DNA from: Patescibacteria group bacterium UBA6805
GTDB lineage: Bacteria > Patescibacteriota > Minisyncoccia > Minisyncoccales > Minisyncoccaceae
Length of the DNA: 64,000 nt
Direction: 5' to 3'
NCBI GenBank assembly: GCA_002452735.1
Contig: DKFD01000011.1
Span: 1 to 64,000 of the forward strand
This document shows, one piece after another, positions 27,126 to 36,364 of this stretch. The translations under genes and the position numbers were made by a program. The notes under the pieces are model-generated. The model searched no databases. It saw only the letters and a program-made list of their open reading frames with translations, and was not told the origin of the DNA. Every line of letters starts with the position of its first letter. Within the stretch, counting starts at the first letter, position 1.

Positions 27126-29159
27126 TTAGGATATGGAGTTGGTAATAATGTCCAGTTTTTTGGTTATTTCTTTTTTCATGTTTTTTGCCTCTGTCGTCGT
27201 TAAATTATTAAGTTCTTGAATTTTAGCATTGGCCTGAGCCGTCCATATCTTATTGCTTTTTACGGCTTCTTTTTGTTCTTCGCTTAGGTTCTTGAAAAGA
27301 TTATAGATTTGCCTTTGGTTGAGGCCCGTTACATGCTTTTCAAAATCAAAACCGTCAAAAGTCGAGGGGTTTTGTAGCGCGTCTCTTTGCTGTTGCGTCC
27401 CGCGTTCATCAAAATATTTTCGGTCTTTTTCTGTTAGATTTGCCGCAACGAAAATATTCGTCAGAGAATCTGTCCTTATTTTTTCCTGTTTTTCTTTGGC
27501 ACTCATTTTTGACATAATGTCTGCCGTGGTTTGTTTTCCGTCCGTCAGCTTTTCAGCCTCTTGGGGAACAAACTTGGCAAACTCTTTTTTGCTAAACCCG
27601 TAGTTTCCGGCCGTCTTAATGTTTTTCGTTAAATAATCTATTTCTCCGTCATTAAGGTCTTTTTTCTCCATTAGTATTTGCAATGCCATGTGCTTTTTTA
27701 TGTTATCTTCTCTTGTCATGGGGGTAATGCCGCTAATTCTGCGCAATCCGTCGGTTGTTAAATTTTCCATCGGCTCTTTAAACTGTTTGAATTCTTTTTC
27801 TTCCATTCCTGCCGCAGTTCCCGGTTTTTCAAGGCCGATATCTTCTTTTCTCCTTGTTACCCATTGTTTTGCTCCTTCTGTTCGCTCCAGCGGAGATTTT
27901 ATCATCCCAGTCAAGCCGGCCGTGCTTGCAACCCTGCTTTTCTCGTCCACTTTGGCGGTCAGGGCTTCCTTAACACCGGTTTTTGTTCCGCCATACAGTC
28001 CCCCGCCCAAAACATAGGCGGCTCTTTTGGCCAGTCCATCGTCTTTAGTAAGAGCAGCCTGGGTTTTTGCTCCGGCATAGGCTCCGGTGGCGAATCCTGC
28101 TCCGGCAGCAGTCAGTCTTCCGAAGGCCTGCCTTCCATATCCGGTTGCCATTTCCGCTATTTGTCCGCCCGAAGAAACTGTTATGAAAAACCCGACAACA
28201 AGGAAGGCAAGGGGGACAATAAGACCAAGTAAACCACCAAGTCCAACAAGTCTTCCTCCTGGCTCTGAAACAAGCGGACTAATGGCCATCGTGGCCATTG
28301 TTTTATTTGACAGGTAGAGAGAGAAGCTGGCCGGAATACCGATAACCGTCCATTGAAGGAAATTGTTCCACCATTCATCCCAATAAGTGATGCTGGGAAA
28401 TATTTTTTGGAGATATTTTCCTTCGGGAAAAACCTTGCTGGCAAAGGCGATGGGAGAAACTATGACCAAAATCCACAATACAATGTGCCTGGCCAAGAAT
28501 ATGAAAGCGTAAAGGAAATATATGACAGTGGCGAATATGGCGAAAAGAAGGTAAGCGATAGGAAAAATGGGATCGTCAAAAGTAAAAGATTTGGACCGTA
28601 GTCCTTCGAGAATTATCTTTGCCATGTCGTAATTAATTCCACTGGTTAAAAATAAACCCATTAATTTGTTGGCAAAATCAATCATCACGCCGGCGATTAC
28701 CGGGGTGAAATTAATCAAAAGAGCTATGCCGACGAAATTAATCAATGCTTTTTTGGCTTTTGTTTCCTGAAAGCCGAGAATGATACTGATGGCAACGGCC
28801 ACCAAGCCGAAGACAAGAGCAACGTTGGCCAGGTTTCTTACCGTTTCCCATCCCATTTTGACGACGGGATTGTCTTGAATGGTGGTTCCCATGAAATCAG
28901 GACTGATAACCCAGGCCAACAAATCGTTGCCAACCTGCAATATTCCTTGGGCTATGCCAGAAAGCGTAAGGGTAAAGACAGCAAGAATCGCAGACCCTAT
29001 ATTAACAGAGTCTTCGTTTCCGCCAACAAATTGCGCTATCTTACTAATCATGGTGGCCCCGGCTATAATCTCAAACAGTTGAGCCCGGGCCAGAATAGGA
29101 GTAAGGATGAATAATAGAGAAAGGAAAATTATAAAAAATGTTTTGATTGAATGTTTCAT
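27126..29159 (-). CDS. VirB6/TrbL-like polytopic membrane protein with long K/E-rich C-terminal tail
   Basis: 677 aa; signal peptide, at least 6 predicted TM helices in the first 330 aa, Gly/Ala-rich linker, hydrophilic coiled-coil-like C-terminus; genomic association with VirB4. Confidence 0.5.
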   Translation of the reverse strand: MKHSIKTFFIIFLSLLFILTPILARAQLFEIIAGATMISKIAQFVGGNEDSVNIGSAILAVFTLTLSGIAQGILQVGNDLLAWVISPDFMGTTIQDNPVVKMGWETVRNLANVALVFGLVAVAISIILGFQETKAKKALINFVGIALLINFTPVIAGVMIDFANKLMGLFLTSGINYDMAKIILEGLRSKSFTFDDPIFPIAYLLFAIFATVIYFLYAFIFLARHIVLWILVIVSPIAFASKVFPEGKYLQKIFPSITYWDEWWNNFLQWTVIGIPASFSLYLSNKTMATMAISPLVSEPGGRLVGLGGLLGLIVPLAFLVVGFFITVSSGGQIAEMATGYGRQAFGRLTAAGAGFATGAYAGAKTQAALTKDDGLAKRAAYVLGGGLYGGTKTGVKEALTAKVDEKSRVASTAGLTGMIKSPLERTEGAKQWVTRRKEDIGLEKPGTAAGMEEKEFKQFKEPMENLTTDGLRRISGITPMTREDNIKKHMALQILMEKKDLNDGEIDYLTKNIKTAGNYGFSKKEFAKFVPQEAEKLTDGKQTTADIMSKMSAKEKQEKIRTDSLTNIFVAANLTEKDRKYFDERGTQQQRDALQNPSTFDGFDFEKHVTGLNQRQIYNLFKNLSEEQKEAVKSNKIWTAQANAKIQELNNLTTTEAKNMKKEITKKLDIITNSIS

Positions 29160-29229
29160 GGCTTGCCCTTATTGTTTTTTTTATGGTATAATTATTATAC
29201 CATTACTTTATTTTACGTTCAATATCCGC

Positions 29230-29529
29230 ATGTTAAATCTTAAATTCAGTCCGGAAACAGTGATTATGCTGACCTTCGCCGTTATCATAGACCTAATCGG
29301 GATAATCCTTATCTGTTTCGCCCTGGATGATTTCGGGGTTCTGGACATAGTGAGTGGCGTTATAATAGGTGGCTGGATGCTTTTCAGAAGGGGCCGGGTG
29401 GTGAATATCAAGACTCAAAAAAAGCAAATAGTGCGCTTCCTGGCGGGAATGGGGATAGAGATAACCCCCTATCTCGGCGCTCTTCCGGCCGTGACAGTCA
29501 TTACGCTTTTAACTTTAAGGGAAAAATAA
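29230..29529 (+). CDS. small 3-TM membrane protein, first gene of the pilin-fusion operon
   Basis: ORF 29107-29529; an internal start 'MLNLKFSPETVIMLTFAVII' avoids overlap with VirB6; candidate extended -10 TGGTATAAT at about 29187. Confidence 0.35.
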   Translation: MLNLKFSPETVIMLTFAVIIDLIGIILICFALDDFGVLDIVSGVIIGGWMLFRRGRVVNIKTQKKQIVRFLAGMGIEITPYLGALPAVTVITLLTLREK

Positions 29530-29530
29530 A

Positions 29531-32500
29531 ATGGACAAAAAGAAAATTATTTTTATTTTAATCCTTCTCGTTCTTCCTTTTTTTGTTATGGCTCAAGCCG
29601 GCCTGGAGAACGATTATCCGGCTATTGGCGGGACCCAACCCACGGACAGTTCTTCCCCGGCCGAATTCTTAAAATACATTTTCAACCTGGGAATTCTTTT
29701 CGGCGTCATTGCCGCTGTTTTCGTTTTGATTTCCCAGGGCGCGACCATGCTCATGGCCAAAGGAGAAATGGCCCTGGTCATTCTGGCTCAAGAAAAAATC
29801 AAAAGGGTTTTTGTCGGCCTCCTGATTCTTTTAGGCTCTTACATCATTTTAACAGCCATTAATCCCGATTTGAAGGTTATAAAATTCAGTCCCTTGGAAG
29901 TTTTTGAAAACATAATAAACAAGCCCGGAACCGAAGAAGAAACCTACCCTCTGTCGGAATTCGAGGAAATCCCCCTGGGCTCCATTCTGGAAAGCATTCT
30001 AGCCGCCAATTCTTCGGAAAGAATCTACAACGACAGAACCGAAGAGCTTTGCTACGCTTACGATGAAAACGGAGATACGATTGATAGAAATGACGACAAG
30101 AAGATAGACGAGAACGACCTGCTAAAAGGAATGGATATGTATTATTGCCTGTCGGAACTGAACAAAGCCATAATCAAGAAGATAAGAGATTTGAACGGAG
30201 GCAACTCTTTGTGTAACAGTCCCTCCAAAGGCGGGCCGATTGAAGAAATGAAAACTTTGATTGCCAGCGGCTGCAGCTGTCAGGCTTGTGATGTCTGGAA
30301 ACCAAATTATTATTGTCCGGGCTCCGAATGTTATCAGTGTATGACCTATGCCTGCGGGGAATGCAGTACTTGCTGTAAGGACCACTGCTCTTGTTGCGGC
30401 CGGGCTTATTACGCCCCGGATTTGGGTTGCCAACAGGTTAACGATAAATCAAGAGACCCTTGCGCGGCGGTCAGGGACGGCATAGATTGCGCCAGAAACG
30501 AAATCAAGCTGCGAGTTGACGGAAACGGATACGGCGTTCCAGGAGCGGCCGAGGATAAATGCGCTTTTACCAGATATTTCAACGAGAATGAATATAAGTT
30601 TTTAACAATCAGCGAGGGAAGGGAAAGGTTGGAATCGTTCAGAAACTATTTTCAGAACCATTTGACGGACTTGATAAAAGCGGAATCAATGATGAAATCT
30701 CCTTATGGGGAGAGAATATCGTTGGCCGAGTTTGAGGCCATTCGGTCCAAAGACCAATACAAAAAGACGGTGGCCAAAGAATTCCAAAACACCAACAGCG
30801 ATTATTCTTATAATCCGGTAAAATACTGTCGCGATTTCAATTGTACGGAATACAAAAACGGAGACGAAAAAAATCTTTGCGTGTCCGGAGGGAGAGTTGA
30901 TTTGACCCAGGAACTGATGGAAAAAGAAAAACTGATAGACCCCTTGTATGATAAGGAGCCCGAGATTTTTGACAAGAGAGTCTGCCAAGTAAATCAAATA
31001 CAAAACGGAAACGATACAGAGAGTTATTATTACGACGGCGACGGAGCGACCTTCTATTTCCAGGCGGGGTACAAGACAAAAAAAACAAGCAATCAAGAAA
31101 AATGCTCAATTGATTCCGCCATTGAGAAAGAAACCATCAAGAGCTTGATTCCTATTGGAGAAACGGTTGATGCTACGGAAAAATTCGCTGAAGACGTTTT
31201 GGTTTTAATAAATCAAATTATGTCGGAAACCCGGGAGACTATTGAGAAAGCAATTCAGTTAAGTGCCCTGCCAGAGAAGTGTGATTGTTCTCAGGGCTGC
31301 AGCAACAGATCTGACTGCAGATGTTCTACCAGCGAAGAAGGATGCACCAGCTGTTCTTGTGGTTCGTGTCTGGCCTGCGATGCCAGATCCCAAACGCTGT
31401 GCACTTGCTGTAAAGACTGCGAAGAGGTGGAGGTCGTTGATGAGAATATTCCCAGTCCTTGGGACGATATGACCAGTTTTGGCTATTGCCCGTCTTGCCC
31501 GTCCCTTTATTCGACCGGAGACGTGAACGAGTACTGGACCTATTGCCCTTGTAGCGGAATCCTGCTTTTTCCCAATATATCGCTTATTAACGACCCTAAA
31601 ACCCAGTTTTGTTATTTGGGAGAAGAGCTTGGTTCTTATTGTTCTTTAAGTTTTCAAGAAGAAAAATGCCAAACAGCATTTAGAAGATTGCCTTTAATGT
31701 GCATGCTTTCAAGAGTAAGCGCTCCCAGATTTGTAAATTATACCATAGAAAGCTGTCAAGCAGTCAGCCAGAACCCAACCGTGGCTCCCATTCTTTGCGG
31801 AAGCGGTTTGAATACTTATTACACTCAAAAAAACATTTTAACGTTAAAACCCAAGTCAGAAATAATCGTTGTTTGCGAAGGACAGCAGCCGGTTAATCAA
31901 GAAGCAATAAATAATTTAAACGTCCACTGCAGCACGAGTTGCAAGGGTGAACCGGGATGTCAAGGACGTCTTGATTGGATAAGCGCCGATGAATTTATCT
32001 TAACAAATTATTTCTGCAAAGGCCCCATGGCTCCGAAAGACCCCAAGGGCCTAATAGGGAGAGACAGTACGCCTTATAATAATTCCATGTCCATTTTTTT
32101 ACCCGGCGGCCATGAAATAGTCAGCATCGAGGCCATTCCTTTGACCACCGGCGCGAGGTCTGTCAAGTATTATCATCTCGGGGGTTGCTCCACGGAGTAT
32201 ACCGACGATGGACCGGTGGAGCATTGCACAGAAGCGGGCTACAACACCTATCATTTTTGGGACGGCGGTTATGCTTTGAAAATCAAGGTTGTCAATACGA
32301 TAAGAATAAAACGGGGAGAGATTGACAATCAGGCTTATTACGTCTGTCCCTATAATGACATAAAAGACAGGCAGTGCCGGATATTCAAATACAGCGACGA
32401 TGTAGAGCCGAATTATCCGGAAAACATTGATACGGATTACGACTGCCGGGATGAAAATTCTTCCGGCGCGGGATATCTTCAGAAGATAGAGCTTTTGAAC

Positions 32501-32902
32501 GACCGCCTGAACAATTTAATCCAAGGCAAAAACTTAAGGGAGGGCGATGTCAATCGCTGGACGATTCTGGAAAAGCTCTCTTTGACAAGAAAGAGGGCGG
32601 AATCCTGCGTCCGGGGCTATGGCTTTCCCCACAAAGAGGACTTGACCGAGCAAAGGATATTTTCCTGCCAGGAAGGGATTGATGCCACAATTTTGAATTC
32701 TTTGGTCGTTTTGCCCGACTTCCCCTACCCCCAAACCGGAAATTACTGGAATTGCTATCCTTTGAACAGCAGTTTTCTGACCAATGACCAGAAAGAATCT
32801 TGCTATATCAACAAAGATGCCGAGGGAACCGAAGCAGACCCGAAATGCCAAAGATTAATCAAGGGCATGATGGATAATTATTATTGCTGCCAGGGAGAAT
32901 AA
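29531..32902 (+). CDS. secreted VirB2/TrbC-like pilin domain fused to a very large Cys-rich ectodomain
   Basis: 1123 aa; signal peptide '...FFVMAQA', then two hydrophobic helices separated by a short 'AKGE' loop and ending 'ILTAINP' (T4SS-pilin-like); the remainder is dense with CxxC/CC clusters, e.g. 'CSCQACDVWKPNYYCPGSECYQCMTYACGECSTCCKDHCSCCG'. Confidence 0.6.
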   Translation: MDKKKIIFILILLVLPFFVMAQAGLENDYPAIGGTQPTDSSSPAEFLKYIFNLGILFGVIAAVFVLISQGATMLMAKGEMALVILAQEKIKRVFVGLLILLGSYIILTAINPDLKVIKFSPLEVFENIINKPGTEEETYPLSEFEEIPLGSILESILAANSSERIYNDRTEELCYAYDENGDTIDRNDDKKIDENDLLKGMDMYYCLSELNKAIIKKIRDLNGGNSLCNSPSKGGPIEEMKTLIASGCSCQACDVWKPNYYCPGSECYQCMTYACGECSTCCKDHCSCCGRAYYAPDLGCQQVNDKSRDPCAAVRDGIDCARNEIKLRVDGNGYGVPGAAEDKCAFTRYFNENEYKFLTISEGRERLESFRNYFQNHLTDLIKAESMMKSPYGERISLAEFEAIRSKDQYKKTVAKEFQNTNSDYSYNPVKYCRDFNCTEYKNGDEKNLCVSGGRVDLTQELMEKEKLIDPLYDKEPEIFDKRVCQVNQIQNGNDTESYYYDGDGATFYFQAGYKTKKTSNQEKCSIDSAIEKETIKSLIPIGETVDATEKFAEDVLVLINQIMSETRETIEKAIQLSALPEKCDCSQGCSNRSDCRCSTSEEGCTSCSCGSCLACDARSQTLCTCCKDCEEVEVVDENIPSPWDDMTSFGYCPSCPSLYSTGDVNEYWTYCPCSGILLFPNISLINDPKTQFCYLGEELGSYCSLSFQEEKCQTAFRRLPLMCMLSRVSAPRFVNYTIESCQAVSQNPTVAPILCGSGLNTYYTQKNILTLKPKSEIIVVCEGQQPVNQEAINNLNVHCSTSCKGEPGCQGRLDWISADEFILTNYFCKGPMAPKDPKGLIGRDSTPYNNSMSIFLPGGHEIVSIEAIPLTTGARSVKYYHLGGCSTEYTDDGPVEHCTEAGYNTYHFWDGGYALKIKVVNTIRIKRGEIDNQAYYVCPYNDIKDRQCRIFKYSDDVEPNYPENIDTDYDCRDENSSGAGYLQKIELLNDRLNNLIQGKNLREGDVNRWTILEKLSLTRKRAESCVRGYGFPHKEDLTEQRIFSCQEGIDATILNSLVVLPDFPYPQTGNYWNCYPLNSSFLTNDQKESCYINKDAEGTEADPKCQRLIKGMMDNYYCCQGE

Positions 32903-32921
32903 TAAATTAATTGAATCAAGC

Positions 32922-34247
32922 ATGAAGAAAAAAATATTATTTCTGTTCCTTCTGCTCTCTCTTGTTTTGGTTTCCAATGTTTATGCCTTGGAAGCGCAGT
33001 ATCCTGAAATTCTGGGTAAAACCATAACCGATGAAACCACGCCGGCTGGTTACGTGGTATATTTCTTCTATCTGGCCATGTCCTTGGGAAGCGTTCTGGT
33101 TTTCATAATCTTGGTCATGGCCGGAATTGATTTTATCACCGCAGGAGGAGAGCCGGCGAAAATAAGCGAAGGGAGAAAAAAGATAATCAGCGCCATTGTC
33201 GGCTTGATAGTTCTTTTCAGCTCTTTCCTGATTCTTAACAGTATCAATCCCGCCTTGCTGAAGATAGAGCTGGAAAAATTGGAATGTCCGGGAGGAATTT
33301 CAATCGTGAAGCAGAAAGCTGACGGGAAGAAAGTTGATGACTGCATAACCGGCAGCGTAAGCAACATCGAAGGAGACGTTATTGAGACAAAGGGATGGGT
33401 TTTTTCGGGTTGTCTCGTAAAAGAGGTCTATCTTTGCACTCAGCCGGGCTTCAAAGGAACCTGCACTAAAGTTTCTGACCCCAAAAGTCAGAATTTTACC
33501 TGCCAACCCAATTACCAGTTCACAAACGGTACCAGCTTAAGCGGAGTCAAATCAGTAAAATTCGTCTGGCGCTCACCCGGAGTATATTTGTACGACAACA
33601 TCAACTTTGAACCAAACGACCTCAGCAAAAGCCCGAAGCATCTCGGCAGCAACATTAAAAATATGAACGACGTCGGTTTTGACAATATGGCTCAATCATA
33701 CCAGTTAATTTTCCCGGAAACGGAAACAGCCGAAGAGATTCCGATATATTACGGTGCGGTTTTTTTTGACAGCTTCAATTATTCGGGCAAATGCAGTCTG
33801 GAAATAATGAACCAAAAGGACTTGGGAGTTCCCACTTCCATCGGAAGGAACACCTTGTCTTCGGCCATTGTTTTCACCCAAAAAGAGACCGATACCCTCA
33901 AGGATTTGGGCGACATTGTTTTGTACAATAACATAGATTGCGGACAAAGTACCAGCGAGGAAGTAAAGAAATGCTCCCTGAATATTTACAATTACATAAC
34001 AGTCGGAAAGATTAAAGACGATTGTCCCGAATTCGAGGACGGAGACTACGTGCTTTCTTTCAGCATCAACGGACCCGGAGGCATGATTTTAAAAGGAAGC
34101 CAGAACGCGCTTTGCGAATATTTTGATTCCAAGAGCATGGTTTCCGGCAGTTGTTATCCGAGCTTAAAAACCAAATCAACAATTTACGTCCAGGGGCCTG
34201 GAGGAACCAAGCCTGAGTCTTATATAATCTTCCCGGTGGACAATTAA
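32922..34247 (+). CDS. secreted VirB2/TrbC-like pilin domain fused to beta/gamma-crystallin-like repeats
   Basis: 441 aa; signal peptide, pilin-like helices '...VLVFIILVMAGIDFITAGGEPAKISEGRKKIISAIVGLIVLFSSFLILNSINP'; C-terminal repeats with Greek-key-like 'GVYLYDNINFEPND...SYQLIFPE' and 'AVFFDSFNYSGKCSLEI...LSSAIVF'. Confidence 0.6.
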   Translation: MKKKILFLFLLLSLVLVSNVYALEAQYPEILGKTITDETTPAGYVVYFFYLAMSLGSVLVFIILVMAGIDFITAGGEPAKISEGRKKIISAIVGLIVLFSSFLILNSINPALLKIELEKLECPGGISIVKQKADGKKVDDCITGSVSNIEGDVIETKGWVFSGCLVKEVYLCTQPGFKGTCTKVSDPKSQNFTCQPNYQFTNGTSLSGVKSVKFVWRSPGVYLYDNINFEPNDLSKSPKHLGSNIKNMNDVGFDNMAQSYQLIFPETETAEEIPIYYGAVFFDSFNYSGKCSLEIMNQKDLGVPTSIGRNTLSSAIVFTQKETDTLKDLGDIVLYNNIDCGQSTSEEVKKCSLNIYNYITVGKIKDDCPEFEDGDYVLSFSINGPGGMILKGSQNALCEYFDSKSMVSGSCYPSLKTKSTIYVQGPGGTKPESYIIFPVDN

Positions 34248-34252
34248 TAAAT

Positions 34253-35467
34253 ATGAAAAAACTATTTACAATAATTTTGGCCTTTTCCCCTGCCGTCGTT
34301 CTGGCCCAGTATCCGATTATCAGCGGAAGAGCCATAACCGACAAATCCACTTTTTCCGAATATGTTCTTTACTATTTCAGCTTGGCCCTGGTTGTCGGGA
34401 TTGTGGCCGCGGTTCTCGTCTTGATAACCGCCGGCATCAATTTTCTGATTTCCCGGGGGGATTTGTACAGAAGGAACAACGCCAAAAGAATGATAACCGG
34501 CGCTTTTGTCGGCTTGGTCGTTCTTTTCGGTTCTTTTGTAATTTTGAACGCATTAAATCCTTCATCTACGGGCTCGATTCTCGATCCGGAGCCGATTGTC
34601 GCTAACGGCATTTATCTAATCAAAGAAGACGGGGAAAAACTTTTAATCTACCAGAATATCGGCAACACCGAAAAGAATTTTAACGGCATAGAATGGATTT
34701 CCAGCCAGGAAGATTTACCGGCGATATACGTTTACGCCGATAAAGGCTTCAAGGGCGTGCCCGTTGAAATCAAGAACGGAGAATCTCTCCCCATTTCCCA
34801 GGGCTCTTCAATCGCCTTTTTATGGAAAACCGTCGGAGTTTATCTTTACGACAAGACGGATTACCAATTAAACGAAAAGAGCATTCCTTTGCCGGTCAAG
34901 TTCGACCAGCCGTCTCTGGGAAGCAGTTCTTTTGATAATATAGTGCAATCAATTAAGATAAATCAGCCCGAGGATGGTTCGGTTTTGGGCGTTGTTCTTT
35001 TTTCAGAGCCCGACTACAGGGGAACCTGCTCCTGGGTTTTGGGAGACATGCCAGATTTGAGTCAGACAAGGAGCGAAGAAAACAACCCGGCCTTGGGCAA
35101 CGGCATCCTTTCTTCTTTGATTGTTTTGAACACGGCTTCGGGCTCGCCTACGGCCACTTTTTACAATAGAGCCGATTGCCAGCATGTTGAACAAGACCCG
35201 AGAAGCAAGAAATGCAGCATCTCTGTGATAAATAAAACAGAAACCTTCAAGGAATCCTGCCCCGACTTTGAGGGAGATATTTTGTCTTTTGCCTTAAGCC
35301 AAGGGACAGCCGTACTTTTGAAAACGGAAAACGGCCAGTGCCAGTTTTTCAAAAGGCAAAAACCCCAAGAATGCGTCAGTTTGATTAAATACAGCTATAT
35401 TTACAGTCCCGACCCCGAAAAATCCCTTACGCCCTATTCTTTCACTATATTTTCTTTGGAGAAATAA
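34253..35467 (+). CDS. secreted VirB2/TrbC-like pilin domain fused to beta/gamma-crystallin-like repeats (paralogue of the preceding gene)
   Basis: 404 aa; same N-terminal architecture ('...VLITAGINFLISRGDLYRRNNAKRMITGAFVGLVVLFGSFVILNALNP'); 'GVYLYDKTDYQLNE...VQSIKINQPE', 'VVLFSEPDYRGTCSWVL...LSSLIVLN'. Confidence 0.6.
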   Translation: MKKLFTIILAFSPAVVLAQYPIISGRAITDKSTFSEYVLYYFSLALVVGIVAAVLVLITAGINFLISRGDLYRRNNAKRMITGAFVGLVVLFGSFVILNALNPSSTGSILDPEPIVANGIYLIKEDGEKLLIYQNIGNTEKNFNGIEWISSQEDLPAIYVYADKGFKGVPVEIKNGESLPISQGSSIAFLWKTVGVYLYDKTDYQLNEKSIPLPVKFDQPSLGSSSFDNIVQSIKINQPEDGSVLGVVLFSEPDYRGTCSWVLGDMPDLSQTRSEENNPALGNGILSSLIVLNTASGSPTATFYNRADCQHVEQDPRSKKCSISVINKTETFKESCPDFEGDILSFALSQGTAVLLKTENGQCQFFKRQKPQECVSLIKYSYIYSPDPEKSLTPYSFTIFSLEK

Positions 35468-36240
35468 AGAGAAAGCTTAATCCAGTCGTCAACGCTTAGT
35501 TCCTGTGCTCTTGCTTTTGAATTAAGCCCGTTCTTCTCGAGAGCATCTTCGATTCTTTCTTTTTTTATATTTAGACCGACAGAAAGGTTGTTAGCCAGTT
35601 GCTTGCGGGGATGGGAAAATCCGGTCCTGACCAAAGCGAAAAATAAATCGCTCCTCTTTCTTTTAATGGGAGTGATTCTAATGATTGCGCTGTCAACTTT
35701 GGGCTTGGGCCAAAAACAATTCTTGGAAACGAAAGCCGCTACCTCGGGCTTGGCATAGTAATTGACGGCAACAGCCAGAAGATTCATTCCTTTTGGTCGG
35801 GCACATATCCTTTGAGCCACCTCTTTCTGGATTAAAAGCACTATTTCCCTTGGCTTATTTTCCATTTCCAGAAATTTCCTTATCAGAAAAGAAGTCAAGT
35901 AATAAGGGATATTGGCCACTACTTTGTATTCTTTTTTCATTTCCGGAAAACACTTAAGAGCGTCTCCGGTCACGATCTCTACGTTTTTCATCCCTTCTTC
36001 TTTTAAAAGCGCCGCCAACCCCTCGTCTTTTTCAATAGTTATCACTTTTTTTGCTTTTTTTGCCAATTCCCTGGTCAATATTCCTGTCCCGGGCCCGATT
36101 TCCAAGACGATATCATTTTTGTCGACGCCAGCCGTCCTGACGATTTTCTTGACAATGTTTTCATCAATTAAAAAGTTCTGACCCAATGATTTTTTGGGCT
36201 TTATCCCCTGTGTTTTAATTGTGGAAAACGGGCTTGACAT
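35434..36240 (-). CDS. rsmA: 16S rRNA (adenine1518/1519-N6)-dimethyltransferase
   Basis: 268 aa; 'LGQNFL', SAM motif 'VLEIGPGTGILT', 'NIPY'. Confidence 0.9.
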   Translation of the reverse strand: MSSPFSTIKTQGIKPKKSLGQNFLIDENIVKKIVRTAGVDKNDIVLEIGPGTGILTRELAKKAKKVITIEKDEGLAALLKEEGMKNVEIVTGDALKCFPEMKKEYKVVANIPYYLTSFLIRKFLEMENKPREIVLLIQKEVAQRICARPKGMNLLAVAVNYYAKPEVAAFVSKNCFWPKPKVDSAIIRITPIKRKRSDLFFALVRTGFSHPRKQLANNLSVGLNIKKERIEDALEKNGLNSKARAQELSVDDWIKLSLYFSKENIVKE

Positions 36241-36364
36241 ATGTGCTGGAAGGTCTAAAATGTATTTAAACCGTTAAGGTTGTTTTTAAATAATTTTAAG
36301 GCTTATTCTTAACAGAACCACAATCTTAAATTGTCTGAAAAGCCATAAAAAGCTAGTTTTTTGC

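Noticed and set aside
29107-29229. 5' extension of the small membrane-protein ORF
   Set aside because: The extension would overlap the VirB6-like start on the opposite strand and lacks an RBS. The internal Met at 29230 follows a TGGTATAAT extended -10 and gives a compact 3-TM protein.
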